From a virus (Duplodnaviria; Caudoviricetes), in IMG/VR virus record IMGVR_UViG_3300031688_000022, positions 1 through 54,777 of that record: a DNA stretch of 54,777 nucleotides. One strand, 5' to 3'. A program made the position numbers and the translations under genes. The stretch's first letter is position 1, and each line of letters opens with the position of its first letter. The notes under the pieces are model-generated. The model saw only the letters and a list, made by a program, of their open reading frames with translations, was not told the origin of the DNA and made no database searches. Positions 17,459 through 27,195 of the stretch are shown piece by piece.

Positions 17459-18902
17459 TTACGAATTCATCACTACCTGTTAATTCTTCAATAAGAACCA
17501 AAGCCTTCTCTTCGAAGGTATCAATCATTTTTGCTTTAGTAGATTTAGTTGAGATTTCAAATCCCAATGTAGTGGACACTGCTTCTATTTCAGACTTAGT
17601 CATCTTCAAGAGATCATCCTTATTAGGGATTGTAATCTCATCGAACTCGTCTTCAGTCTCTTCATAGTTTTCGATGGTTCTGATATTGTCTTGTTTTAAA
17701 ACAACATCATCTTCTCCGACTACTGGTTGTTCGTAACCAATGTCTAGAGTAGATTCATCTTCAGTAAGTTGTGCTTTGATGTTAGGTGCATTACCAATCA
17801 CACCATTTAAGTTTGGTGCATTACCACCTGTTAGAAATGAAGTTGGTGCAACTGGTGTTGGTTCAAGAGTAGACGGTTCTTCACTTACGTTTGGTAGGTC
17901 AAGGATGTTGTCCACTCGTTGCGGTGTTACTGTGTCGTCCCATTCTATCGGATTTAAAGTTTCTTCAGGAAATTCTAGGGCATCAGCCTCTTCAACTTCT
18001 TCTGCAAGTTTAGTTTCTGCAAAGAACGCTTCACTTGTTGTTCCACTGATTATAGCATTAGGATTGTATCCTTCGTCTTCTGTGCTTGAGGTAAACTCAG
18101 CAAAAGATTTCTTTGCTTCTTCGATTGTTGCTACAAACTCAGGGTCGGTAGAAATAGGTTCAAGTTCTTCTTGCATAACTTCAGAAGGGGTTGCTGGATT
18201 CATCATCCTTGCAAGTTTAAATGCAGGGCCTGGTGTTCCAGTAGGTACTACTGGTGCAAGTGTTTCGACTGGAAGTCTAGAATGAACATCATCTGTCATG
18301 ACAGGAGTAAGTTCAACTGGTGTATGGTACGATGTTGGTGCAGGAGTAAGTTCAACTGGTTCTACTGCAGCTCTTGACTGTGCTAACATGTTTGCAACTT
18401 GTTGTTGTTCACTTGTAGTAAGTGTGTCTGCAACTTGTCCTGTAGGTAAACCGATAACACCATCACCATCCAAGTCAATAGATAGACCTTGCTTAGCAAG
18501 TGCAGCTTCCATTTGTACAAGTCTGTTTTCAGATTGCTTACGAAGGACACGCTCATCAGTAAGTAACTGAGTGTCTCTTTCTCTTTGTGTTTGTAAAGCA
18601 ATCTGTTGGTTCTCAGCTTCCTTTGCTTGTAACATTGCAAACTGTTCTTGACCACGTTTCATCTGTGTCTGATATTCGATGATACCTTTGTTGGTCTCTT
18701 CTCTGATTGTGATGATTGCATCTAAGTCGTCTGCTTTAAACATACCTTTCTCTAGACCAAGTTCCATAATTGCTTTGATAGCATTTACAGTGTTGGGTTT
18801 AATCGGGATGGTATAGTTCTCTAGACGTTGAGCTAGTTTCTCAATCTCGGTGGGTTCTACTCGTTCCTGCTGGAAGGTAGAGGGTGTTTCAAATTCTGCC
18901 AT
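17391..18902 (-). CDS. Large acidic low-complexity protein
   Basis: GGAG SD; coiled coil, DLDGDG motif, Pro/Thr/Glu-rich linker, Rho-N-like C-terminal helices. Confidence 0.75.
   Translation of the reverse strand: MAEFETPSTFQQERVEPTEIEKLAQRLENYTIPIKPNTVNAIKAIMELGLEKGMFKADDLDAIITIREETNKGIIEYQTQMKRGQEQFAMLQAKEAENQQIALQTQRERDTQLLTDERVLRKQSENRLVQMEAALAKQGLSIDLDGDGVIGLPTGQVADTLTTSEQQQVANMLAQSRAAVEPVELTPAPTSYHTPVELTPVMTDDVHSRLPVETLAPVVPTGTPGPAFKLARMMNPATPSEVMQEELEPISTDPEFVATIEEAKKSFAEFTSSTEDEGYNPNAIISGTTSEAFFAETKLAEEVEEADALEFPEETLNPIEWDDTVTPQRVDNILDLPNVSEEPSTLEPTPVAPTSFLTGGNAPNLNGVIGNAPNIKAQLTEDESTLDIGYEQPVVGEDDVVLKQDNIRTIENYEETEDEFDEITIPNKDDLLKMTKSEIEAVSTTLGFEISTKSTKAKMIDTFEEKALVLIEELTGSDEFVSAVESDEAKTDGDTDTRDGGYF
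18302..18360. repeat. 20-nt direct repeat, two copies, encoding PVELTP
   Basis: caggagtaagttcaactggt at 18302-18321 and 18341-18360. Confidence 0.85.
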
Positions 18903-19007
18903 TATATATTCTCCATGGAAAGATGTTAGACTAGGTAGTTAAATATTGAAGTTAATTTTTTAACTTCCTTTATAGTATGTATAGTCTCGAATCTCTATTA
19001 TTATTTA

Positions 19008-19526
19008 TTAAATTATGATGTCGGGGAATGCTTTTTGAACAATTTCTTTCGTAATGTTCTTAAAAGGATTCTTTCCATCTTTTATCAGATCAATCATCAT
19101 TGCTTCATTAGCAGGGATACCTTCCAACATACCAATCCACATAGCTTCTCTTTTAACTATGGGTAGTTGGTTTGTTACGAAGTATTTGAATAGTTTGAAT
19201 TCAAATCTTAAACTGGTTTCTGCAAGATCACTTGCGGGTGCATCATTACCCTTGAAAGGAGTTTTCCCTTCAGGCAAAGTAGAACTGATCAAAGGATTAT
19301 GAATCCAATTCAGTATTGCTTTGATTGATGCGTTTCTTTCTGCGAACACTTTTAAACCATGAGCTGCCTTATCGACATCGTCTTGTGCAACTATTTCTGC
19401 TTGACATAATATCTCATATGCGTCTGCGTTGTTTTGCAACTTGGTTCTTTCGGTTATCAGTTTTAACACTGGTTTGTTCGGAGCTCCTTTCGGACGACCC
19501 CTGCCTTTCTTTTTTACTTCTGTCAT
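19008..19526 (-). CDS. Conserved T4-like hypothetical protein with N-terminal AT-hook
   Basis: KKKGRGRPKG; LPEGKTPF and REAMWIGMLEGI motifs; follows RNase H. Confidence 0.75.
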   Translation of the reverse strand: MTEVKKKGRGRPKGAPNKPVLKLITERTKLQNNADAYEILCQAEIVAQDDVDKAAHGLKVFAERNASIKAILNWIHNPLISSTLPEGKTPFKGNDAPASDLAETSLRFEFKLFKYFVTNQLPIVKREAMWIGMLEGIPANEAMMIDLIKDGKNPFKNITKEIVQKAFPDIII

Positions 19527-20359
19527 AATGTAAAGTCCTCTACATGATTTAATAACTGATCAAGTCTATGTGTTCTTAGGTAATCAAATACTTTCCCTCT
19601 TACAGGTGCTGTCTTTGAAAACTCTTCTAAGATCGTGTCCTCAATTTTCTGAGGAATAAACTCTAGATCAATTAAAGTTTGGTTTCTTAAATAGTTCCTA
19701 TAGTATTTATCGTCACTTTGAATGGTCATTCTGAGATAACTATCTACTACAGGTTTTCTTAACGGTGTTTGTCTAATCCCTAAATGGAAACAATCATCAT
19801 TCGATAATATGTTTGGGATTCCATCTGACTTATCACCCCTTAAAATATGTTCCTTAAGGAACGTATCGGGGTCTTCACAATTAATCAGTTTGTTGAGATT
19901 AGGACTCCACTGTTTTACATAGTCATATTTATGTAGTTGTTGAAAGTCTTTATCTCCACTCACAATCATGACTGGTTCTTTTGCATGTTTAACTAGGATA
20001 GCGATGATGTCATCTGCCTCACAAGCCTCGACATACATATAACGGTATGGGAAGTTCTCTTTGATTTCCTGTTTAACTTTGTCTAGTGTAGAGAATAACA
20101 TTCCCCAATCCAAGTCACTTGCATCACGTCCTTTCTTACGGTTTGCTTTGTACAAAGGATAGAATGTCTTTCTCCATGTATGGGGTGCATCGGTGCAAAG
20201 AGTTATCTCTCCGTACTCGGGTGCATATCGTTTTTGGTAGTTACGTACCGAATTAAGAATCATGTGTCGGAGCATATCCTCTGATACCTCTCCATCATTC
20301 ATCTTTAGTTGTGCCATGAGACCTGCTATGATCGTCTGTGTAAAATCTATTAGTACCAT
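19523..20359 (-). CDS. rnh: RNase H / 5'-3' exonuclease
   Basis: LIDF, WRKTFYPLYKANRK, EADDIIA, SGDKDFQQL, GDKSDGIPN. Confidence 0.95.
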   Translation of the reverse strand: MVLIDFTQTIIAGLMAQLKMNDGEVSEDMLRHMILNSVRNYQKRYAPEYGEITLCTDAPHTWRKTFYPLYKANRKKGRDASDLDWGMLFSTLDKVKQEIKENFPYRYMYVEACEADDIIAILVKHAKEPVMIVSGDKDFQQLHKYDYVKQWSPNLNKLINCEDPDTFLKEHILRGDKSDGIPNILSNDDCFHLGIRQTPLRKPVVDSYLRMTIQSDDKYYRNYLRNQTLIDLEFIPQKIEDTILEEFSKTAPVRGKVFDYLRTHRLDQLLNHVEDFTL

Positions 20360-20360
20360 C

Positions 20361-21071
20361 TTATTTAATCACTCTTATTAATAATGTATTTTTGGTCATC
20401 AAATCGTTTCCATCTTTCAATTTCGATCTAGGAATCTCATCCATAAATCTTTTAGCAATTATCATACCACCAGTCTCTATTTTACCAAGAAACTTATGAT
20501 CTGTCAAGGTCTTTTCTGTACATGATTCATATCCAGTTATTCTCGACCCATTGACACTGAGGTTTCCCTCAAAGCAAGTTACCTTTCTACTGCAAGTGTT
20601 ATAGGTGAACAACATCTTTGCACGAGGTATCTCTATTGGATTGATACTAGTATGATTCTCCCACGACTCTAGGTATGGTAATTTCTTGACCATCTGCTCG
20701 GGAGTTTTTAGTTTTACTTTTCTAACTGTCTTGTTGTTAGTGATGTAGGTTGTGATATCATTATCAATGTTTTGCAGGAACTTGACGAACAACTTCTTGT
20801 CGTCTACTGTTAGGAAATTGTATGCTTCCTTTAACTGATCACACTTCTCTTTGTTTTCCACTTCAAGAATAATGTCATCGACTTGTCCTTGCATATACTT
20901 AATGACCATCGGGGAGAATGCAAGTGTGTTCAAATATTGTAGACACCTCCAGTCATTCCCATAAGGAGTCGTTAGAAAGATATCTATCTGACCTTCGATT
21001 TCACCGTAAGCATCTAGTGCCTTGTTCTCGCATCGTTCTTGGATACTAATTTTTTGTTTGTCTTTATTCAT
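20361..21071 (-). CDS. Conserved T4-like hypothetical protein
   Basis: KISIQER start, QLKEAY, SINPIEI, EKTL; upstream of rnh. Confidence 0.7.
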   Translation of the reverse strand: MNKDKQKISIQERCENKALDAYGEIEGQIDIFLTTPYGNDWRCLQYLNTLAFSPMVIKYMQGQVDDIILEVENKEKCDQLKEAYNFLTVDDKKLFVKFLQNIDNDITTYITNNKTVRKVKLKTPEQMVKKLPYLESWENHTSINPIEIPRAKMLFTYNTCSRKVTCFEGNLSVNGSRITGYESCTEKTLTDHKFLGKIETGGMIIAKRFMDEIPRSKLKDGNDLMTKNTLLIRVIK

Positions 21072-21079
21072 AGTTTACT

Positions 21080-21109
21080 AGTATAACAAAAAGTGAGGGA
21101 CACTGTCAA
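21080..21109 (-). promoter_or_regulatory. sigma70-type promoter (18-bp spacer class), near-leaderless
   Basis: TTGACA-N18-TATACT, ATG 8 nt downstream. Confidence 0.75.
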
Positions 21110-21113
21110 GTTG

Positions 21114-22145
21114 TTAAGACCAAATACTTCTATCTCTTAATTTCAATAAAATATTTTTCACTATATCTGTTATCACTTCTTCAATACCATTCAATCCAGG
21201 CGAAGAGTTAACCTCAATAAAAATAGGGTCTCCCTTATCTCTGTCTGTTGCAGGAATAAAGTCTACCCCTACTAGTTGACCGTCTACAACCTTAGCTGCT
21301 CTTATACACTCTTCCTGTTCCTTCTGAGTGCATTCAAATACTTCAGGTTTACTTCCTTGTGCAACATTACTTCTGAAGTCTCCTTCAACTACTGGTCGTT
21401 TCATTGCACCCATGATTTCTCCACCACAAACAATAACTCTGACATCATATTTTGATTCAACATATTCTTGTATTAGAACATCTTCGAATGGGGCAAGTTT
21501 GTTTACCAGTTGTCCTGTTGCCAGAAGTGATTTCATACTGTCGATGAGTAACACTCCAACACCTTGTGAACCTCTGGCAGTTTTCATGATGATTGGAAAG
21601 TCCATACCCAACCTATCGAAAGATTTCTCTTGAAGGTGTTGGTGTGATACTCTTACTGTCTTAGGTGTAACTAGGTTATTGCGTTCAAAATATAATTGGT
21701 TGTTGTCTTTGTCTGAACAAATCTCATGACACTTAACACTATTGATTAGAGTGTAACCCCTGTAAGTCAATTCGTTAGAGACATTTGTGTACGAACCTTT
21801 TGAGGTAACGCCTGGATGTCCTAGACCTCTCAAAAGAATTAAAGTATTCTTAGGGTCAATTTCAATTGGGTCGATATAATCTATGTCGTCTGATTTAAGT
21901 GTGGGGGTGATGACAAGACCTTCCTTGTCCACTGCAAAGGTGTTGATATAATCTTTACCATTCTTGGTCGAAATATAAAGACCATTAAAATCACAGAGAT
22001 GACATTCGATACTCATCTTCTTTGCAACAGCTTTGATTAACACTGCAGTAGTGTTAGGGTCGTCTGAGTCATGAGCAGAAAGAATGATTAACTTGTAATC
22101 ACTGCCGACTGTCTTTACCTCTTGTAGTTCTCTAAATCCTTTCAT
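21114..22145 (-). CDS. rimK: RimK-family ATP-grasp ligase
   Basis: PKT, FPIIMKTARGSQGVGV, IQEYV, DVRV, DFRSNVAQG, GVD, IEVNSSPG. Confidence 0.85.
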   Translation of the reverse strand: MKGFRELQEVKTVGSDYKLIILSAHDSDDPNTTAVLIKAVAKKMSIECHLCDFNGLYISTKNGKDYINTFAVDKEGLVITPTLKSDDIDYIDPIEIDPKNTLILLRGLGHPGVTSKGSYTNVSNELTYRGYTLINSVKCHEICSDKDNNQLYFERNNLVTPKTVRVSHQHLQEKSFDRLGMDFPIIMKTARGSQGVGVLLIDSMKSLLATGQLVNKLAPFEDVLIQEYVESKYDVRVIVCGGEIMGAMKRPVVEGDFRSNVAQGSKPEVFECTQKEQEECIRAAKVVDGQLVGVDFIPATDRDKGDPIFIEVNSSPGLNGIEEVITDIVKNILLKLRDRSIWS

Positions 22146-22525
22146 GCCTTTCCGACTCCGTGTTCTATCACTTGTAATTCCAGTGGAGTTAATTGTTTCT
22201 TATGTAGTGCAACGAAGTGTTCAGCGTCTACCAGTACTAGTGGTTTACTTCTGTTCCTCTTAATCACAACTAAGGGTTCATACCCTTTACAGTTTGTCGA
22301 AGCTTGTTCATATGCTTTCCATACGTTCACTGCTTCTTGGTTCTTACACTCAATGGAGTAGGGGAACTTCTCACGAGACTCTCGTCCCATAATTATATCT
22401 TCACCTTGTGACCCCATCGGTCTAGATTCTAAATCTTCTTCATGTAGGTTAAGTGTCTTAACCATGACTTGGGCAAACCACTGTTGTAGTTTACGACCCT
22501 TTGCTTTCGCTGACGATGTCTTCAT
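22142..22525 (-). CDS. PD-(D/E)xK endonuclease, Holliday junction resolvase-like
   Basis: SAKAKGRKLQQW, GEDI, SIECKNQE, PLVVIKRNR. Confidence 0.75.
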   Translation of the reverse strand: MKTSSAKAKGRKLQQWFAQVMVKTLNLHEEDLESRPMGSQGEDIIMGRESREKFPYSIECKNQEAVNVWKAYEQASTNCKGYEPLVVIKRNRSKPLVLVDAEHFVALHKKQLTPLELQVIEHGVGKA

Positions 22526-22826
22526 TAAATGTAATACTCACTCCACAACCACAACTGGCTTCTTCATTTGGATTCTGAAACGTAAATGTTTCATTCAATC
22601 CTTCTTTAATATAATCTAATGTCATCCCTCTTAAAAAGGGTTGACTCATTGTATCTATTAGAAACTTAAACTTACCGTAATCTATTTCTAGGTCACCGTC
22701 TTTAAATTCGTCCTCAACAAAAACATATTCGTAACCACTACACCCACCACCAGTAACACCCAGTCGAACTGAGTCCACTTTCTTTCTAAGCAGGGTTTCT
22801 ATTGCAATGTCTGTTACTTCTATCAT
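22491..22826 (-). CDS. iscA: A-type Fe-S cluster carrier (IscA/HesB family)
   Basis: RLGVTGGGCSGYEY and FQNPNEEASCGCGVS. Confidence 0.92.
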   Translation of the reverse strand: MIEVTDIAIETLLRKKVDSVRLGVTGGGCSGYEYVFVEDEFKDGDLEIDYGKFKFLIDTMSQPFLRGMTLDYIKEGLNETFTFQNPNEEASCGCGVSITFNEDIVSESKGS

Positions 22827-22837
22827 ACAATTATTTA

Positions 22838-23443
22838 TTAATCTTCGGAGTTAGTGTTCTCTTTAATTTTTAATAATTCATAAGGAATATAAATGTCTTG
22901 GTCTTCGGGAATATAAAGATAATTAATATCTGTACGATTACAAGTGTCGATTGCATCGTAGATAGTTTCCACTAATGCTTCACCACCTAGATTAAAAGAA
23001 GTGTTGAACACTACTGGTACACCATTCTTTTCGTACATGGTTTTAATTAAATTATAATAGTTTTTATTTTGTTCTACTGTGACCGTTTGGATTCTACAGG
23101 TTCCGTCTGCATGAACAATACTAGGAATCTTCTCGTAGGCAATCTCTCGTGCTTGAATAGCAAACGACATCCAAGGGGAGTCGGGTAATTGTTTCATGTC
23201 AAAATAATCATTAGCATGTTCTGCCATGACACTACCTGCGAAGGGACGATAGAATTCTCTCTTCTTAATATTATTAACAATTTGTTTTGCTTCGGGGTTA
23301 GTCGGGTCGAATAAAATACTTCGGTTGCCCAATGCTCTTGGCCCCCACTCACCTTTACCTTGGAACATTCCAACGATTTGTTTCTCGTCAATAATTAAAT
23401 CAACAATCTCATTCACGTCTCTTATTATTTCTGTCTTATGCAT
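22838..23443 (-). CDS. Carbamoyltransferase (NodU/CmcH) C-terminal domain
   Basis: EWGPRALGNRSIL, KKREFYRPFA, HADGTCRIQTV, NTSFNLGGE; start via TAATG at 23443. Confidence 0.92.
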   Translation of the reverse strand: MHKTEIIRDVNEIVDLIIDEKQIVGMFQGKGEWGPRALGNRSILFDPTNPEAKQIVNNIKKREFYRPFAGSVMAEHANDYFDMKQLPDSPWMSFAIQAREIAYEKIPSIVHADGTCRIQTVTVEQNKNYYNLIKTMYEKNGVPVVFNTSFNLGGEALVETIYDAIDTCNRTDINYLYIPEDQDIYIPYELLKIKENTNSED

Positions 23444-24639
23444 TATGCTGTCTCCTTGTCTGACCATATCGACTTCTTCACGTACACTTCTTTTTCAGAA
23501 TCGGGAAGGTTCTCCCAAAACTGAACAGCAGCTCCTAGTGCAGTACCACCATCATGGGGGACTGGGTCAATAAAGAAATTAACATCGGGGAATGCAGATA
23601 GGTACTTGTAGTTGTTTGTACAGTTAAGACTATACCCACCACTCAATATAATATTCTTACACTCGGGGTCTAGGTCTAATGCTTTCTGAATTGTTTTACA
23701 AGATGCCTTAAAGGAATCTATCTCTACTTGTTGTGCAGTTGTAAACTGAGTATGAACATTGTCCATAGGATTACTGTAGGATGCCATTCCCATGACCTTC
23801 CCAGCTGCACGTCCTAGATCGTCTGTACCTAATGCCTGACTCATGTTACTGAAGTTCATACCACTAGATGGGAACGAGGTAAACTCGATCTCAGCACCTG
23901 TCTCTGTGTCTGTCATGAACTCTGATTCCAATGCAGTACAAGACTCCCATAACTCGTTAGGGAAATACTTTGCAGAGAGATCATCTACTGCTCGTGCAGC
24001 TGACAACTTCTGATAGTGTAGAGTGACTTCTTTACCATCTAATTTATAAATGGATTCTATTTCTTGATGCAGGGGGTGAGTGTCAAAATATTTCTTTGCA
24101 CCTCCACCGTCCCATACTATAATGTGTGCAGTTTCATACGGACTAAAATACACGGCTGACCATGCATGATATAAATGATGATCGACTCGGTAATGACTTT
24201 CGGGTTCAACACCACTAGTAGTGTCATCGGCTGAGAACTGTTCCTTACAAATTATATCAACAATCTCTTCGTCATTATTATCCCACTGATCTTTAAAAGT
24301 AAATTCAGGATAAAGAATATGAAGGTCTTCCATGCGTTCACGACTTAATTGTTTTAATCGGACATCCTCTAAAAACTTACGAGACCACAACCTATCAAAT
24401 CCCATCTGACCACTCACCTTAAGATCGGTGTGTCGTCTGTCAAAGGATGCAAAGACCACATGGTCTACATCTTTAAGTTCGGGGTTGGATTCAAGAACCT
24501 GCATACAGGCACTCTCGGGTTTGGGACTCCAGTACTTCTCTCGTCTACATCTTTCTTCTTCGTAGAGGTTGAGTACCTCTCCATCTTGTAATTCACACAC
24601 AGTTGAGTCGTGTGATATATTCACTCCAAGTATTCTCAT
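23443..24639 (-). CDS. Carbamoyltransferase (NodU/CmcH) N-terminal domain
   Basis: ILGVNISHDS, EEER, HHLYHA, DGGG, GKVMGMASY, SGGYSLNC, DGGTALGA. Confidence 0.92.
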   Translation of the reverse strand: MRILGVNISHDSTVCELQDGEVLNLYEEERCRREKYWSPKPESACMQVLESNPELKDVDHVVFASFDRRHTDLKVSGQMGFDRLWSRKFLEDVRLKQLSRERMEDLHILYPEFTFKDQWDNNDEEIVDIICKEQFSADDTTSGVEPESHYRVDHHLYHAWSAVYFSPYETAHIIVWDGGGAKKYFDTHPLHQEIESIYKLDGKEVTLHYQKLSAARAVDDLSAKYFPNELWESCTALESEFMTDTETGAEIEFTSFPSSGMNFSNMSQALGTDDLGRAAGKVMGMASYSNPMDNVHTQFTTAQQVEIDSFKASCKTIQKALDLDPECKNIILSGGYSLNCTNNYKYLSAFPDVNFFIDPVPHDGGTALGAAVQFWENLPDSEKEVYVKKSIWSDKETA

Positions 24640-24651
24640 AATAATTTTATC

Positions 24652-24846
24652 CTATAAAATATCGTCTTGTTCTTTTTGTTCGTTTTTCTTTTTATAATAT
24701 GCAATCAATTGAGGAGCTGAAACTAATTCATCACCCATAAATTGTTCGACCATATCTTTTCGACCTTGCTTGTGGCCACTGTACCATACACTCACTACAA
24801 GTGCAATAATAAATCCAATGTGTATTGCTAATAGTCCACTACTCAT
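24652..24846 (-). CDS. Small membrane protein
   Basis: N-terminal TM helix; coupled ORF. Confidence 0.6.
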   Translation of the reverse strand: MSSGLLAIHIGFIIALVVSVWYSGHKQGRKDMVEQFMGDELVSAPQLIAYYKKKNEQKEQDDIL

Positions 24847-25061
24847 TTCTGTCCTCTTTTCTTAAACCGTTGAACGATACTAGATGATGCGTCATCGTAT
24901 CTATCATCGTACCAGTCACGGATTCGTTGAAAGGGTATCTCTTGAAGTAAACTCCAAACGTATGACCCAAGTAAAAACCAAAAGGTTAAAGACAACCCAT
25001 ACTTCATTACAAAGACACCAATGGTGAAGGGAAGTGTTACTAAAAATATTATTATGTCCAT
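24843..25061 (-). CDS. Small membrane protein
   Basis: Hydrophobic N-terminal half; AAGGA SD. Confidence 0.6.
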   Translation of the reverse strand: MDIIIFLVTLPFTIGVFVMKYGLSLTFWFLLGSYVWSLLQEIPFQRIRDWYDDRYDDASSSIVQRFKKRGQK

Positions 25062-25064
25062 TAC

Positions 25065-25388
25065 TTATTCCTTTATCTTTCTTTTCTTTGATCTAGCACT
25101 AATCTTAGCACGTCTGACTCTTGCCACTTCGTTCCTATGTAATCGGACATCGTCATTCTCTAAAGAGAACCACAGAGATACAATCTGTTCACGAAGAGAA
25201 GCAGGAGTTAGACTCGTACTGTTATTTAGTATTTTAATATGAGAGGGTTTCATTAAATGTGATGTATGAGTCGGATTAACATCGGGTGTTAATTTAAATC
25301 GGTAACCGATTCCCTCGTAGACATACACACCACCACGACCTAGGGTACAATTCCCACCAGCTTCTATTCCTAACTCCATATAAACCAT
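25065..25388 (-). CDS. Hypothetical protein (start uncertain)
   Basis: ORF in a dense - strand run; basic C-terminus. Confidence 0.5.
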   Translation of the reverse strand: MVYMELGIEAGGNCTLGRGGVYVYEGIGYRFKLTPDVNPTHTSHLMKPSHIKILNNSTSLTPASLREQIVSLWFSLENDDVRLHRNEVARVRRAKISARSKKRKIKE

Positions 25389-25460
25389 CCTATACTATAA
25401 CCTAACAGAAACACTGCTTGGTACTGTAATAGTGTTATCACCTTCTCACCACAAAAATAC

Positions 25461-25616
25461 TTACTCATAATTATTTAAATCCTCATCCTGTTTTTTCTTT
25501 CGTTTATCTTGAAACCTTTTTTCTGAATCTCTGATCATGAGTAACGCTCCGTAACTCATTACCATAATAAATATTAATATCATACCAACTCCAAACGTTG
25601 CCATTAAGTCTACCAT
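25461..25616 (-). CDS. Small membrane protein (51 aa, not in track)
   Basis: MVDLMATFGVGMILIFIMVMSYGALL..., fills gap. Confidence 0.5.
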   Translation of the reverse strand: MVDLMATFGVGMILIFIMVMSYGALLMIRDSEKRFQDKRKKKQDEDLNNYE

Positions 25617-25618
25617 GT

Positions 25619-25936
25619 TCATTTGCCTATACACTCCACTTCGTTGCGAGGCACTACCATATAGGCCCCTTTATTATAACTGGGTGCAATGGTATACTGA
25701 GAACTAATCTTAATTCTCTCATCTGTACTCAGTTGTTTGGTATCGTCCACCTTTGGTACACACAACGGTGCGGATGGATAGGATACACTCTCACGCACGA
25801 AGGGCCTAGGAGTCTCTACAGACAACGAGGTAGTCTTCCATACATAATCGTTCATGTTCTTAGTCTTCGTCTTGTACGCACCCTTAGTGTTCCTCTTACG
25901 GCCACATGCAGTGTGAGTCATAGAACCATACATCAT
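25619..25936 (-). CDS. Hypothetical protein
   Basis: YTIAPSYNKGAYMVV motif common in T4-like phages. Confidence 0.7.
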   Translation of the reverse strand: MMYGSMTHTACGRKRNTKGAYKTKTKNMNDYVWKTTSLSVETPRPFVRESVSYPSAPLCVPKVDDTKQLSTDERIKISSQYTIAPSYNKGAYMVVPRNEVECIGK

Positions 25937-26397
25937 ACGAACACAATACTCAAAAAACTTCGGAGTAAGAATAATAATCCAACCCCATTCAATATAATCA
26001 AAGCACGATCATTCCATAAGATCGATACCCATAACCACAAGGATATACCCACCAACGAAAGAGAGAGGTCATACATCTGCAGACCTTCAATCCCCCTCAT
26101 CGACATTGCACACAACACAAAGACGGATGCCACCCACTTAACATACCAGTCTAAGGTATACTTGGGTGTTGCACTCTTAAATATACGAGGTGAAAGGAGT
26201 AACTCTTCTTCGGTGTACTCTTTGTCTCCGTATCCTTCTAGTATTTTATCTCCGATATCTAAATCCTCTTGTGATGGTATAATATCTTCCACTGAATAAC
26301 GTTTGAGTGCTTCTTTGTTTGCATCTATCTTATCAGATAAGTTATCTGACAGTGGGGGTGGTTGTGTGGTGTTCTGATTTGTCATAAGGTTAGACAT
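25933..26397 (-). CDS. Membrane protein
   Basis: DWYVKWVAS, three TM helices, WNDRALIILN. Confidence 0.7.
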   Translation of the reverse strand: MSNLMTNQNTTQPPPLSDNLSDKIDANKEALKRYSVEDIIPSQEDLDIGDKILEGYGDKEYTEEELLLSPRIFKSATPKYTLDWYVKWVASVFVLCAMSMRGIEGLQMYDLSLSLVGISLWLWVSILWNDRALIILNGVGLLFLLRSFLSIVFV

Positions 26398-26671
26398 GAT
26401 TTGCCACCTTACTACTTATGTTAGAAATATCGTCTGTTTCTAACTTGATGGTGAAGTAACGTCTTATAATATACACTCGGCAGTATGCGACTACTGTCAT
26501 GAATGCTGTGATACTTGTTCCAATCATTAATGGGTCTGTCCATTCTAATACGGATAGACATATAAAAAGACAAAACAGATTGAGCGGATAATTAATAATC
26601 AATCCTGTGCCAACTGTCATTGCTGTCTCTCGGTGTATTTGTCGTGATCGTTTACTCATTTTACTTTTCAC
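26390..26671 (-). CDS. Small membrane protein
   Basis: Two TM helices, RVYIIRRYF. Confidence 0.65.
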   Translation of the reverse strand: MKSKMSKRSRQIHRETAMTVGTGLIINYPLNLFCLFICLSVLEWTDPLMIGTSITAFMTVVAYCRVYIIRRYFTIKLETDDISNISSKVANHV

Positions 26672-26846
26672 TCTCTAAAATATCCCAAAAAAAATTCTTG
26701 GGGGTTAAAATTTGGATTCCCTTTGGTTTCCACTCGGAGAACATTAGGGTAGGGGTTTAGGGCAACTCTGAGACTGTCTAGGAGTCCCTCAGCACTGTTT
26801 AAAAGGGTTTTACCTGTCAGTACTAGTCAATTACTCTAAGAGGCCT

Positions 26847-27125
26847 CTAAGAGACTCTACGGAGTTCGACTACGTGACCCTTGGTTTCCCATTCTGTACA
26901 TACTTCGAGTCCTTCGCTTAGGGACACTGGCTCTTCTGTTCTCTTGACGAGACCACTCCCTTCCTCTACTACACTATACACATCAACAGTGTTCCACTTC
27001 ATGGACTCCATTGCTCGTATATGACTGCGTCTACTCATCTCTCTTCTCTTGTTAGTAAGTGGTGGGTCTACTTCCTCCCCTCCTGTATGTTCGGACATAA
27101 CCCTCAGAGACTTCACATGATTCAT
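26847..27125 (-). CDS. Hypothetical protein (start uncertain)
   Basis: ORF downstream of the promoter at 27167-27195. Confidence 0.45.
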   Translation of the reverse strand: MNHVKSLRVMSEHTGGEEVDPPLTNKRREMSRRSHIRAMESMKWNTVDVYSVVEEGSGLVKRTEEPVSLSEGLEVCTEWETKGHVVELRRVS

Positions 27126-27166
27126 ACTATAAAGGTAACTCTCTGATTAACCCTTTGTACACTGTT

Positions 27167-27195
27167 ATTATAACATTAATGAAAGACTCTGTCAA
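27167..27195 (-). promoter_or_regulatory. sigma70-type promoter
   Basis: TTGACA-N17-TATAAT, perfect consensus. Confidence 0.8.

Noticed and set aside
22838-24639. Carbamoyltransferase pseudogene
   Set aside because: The break falls at the domain boundary with a clean TAATG coupling and intact motifs
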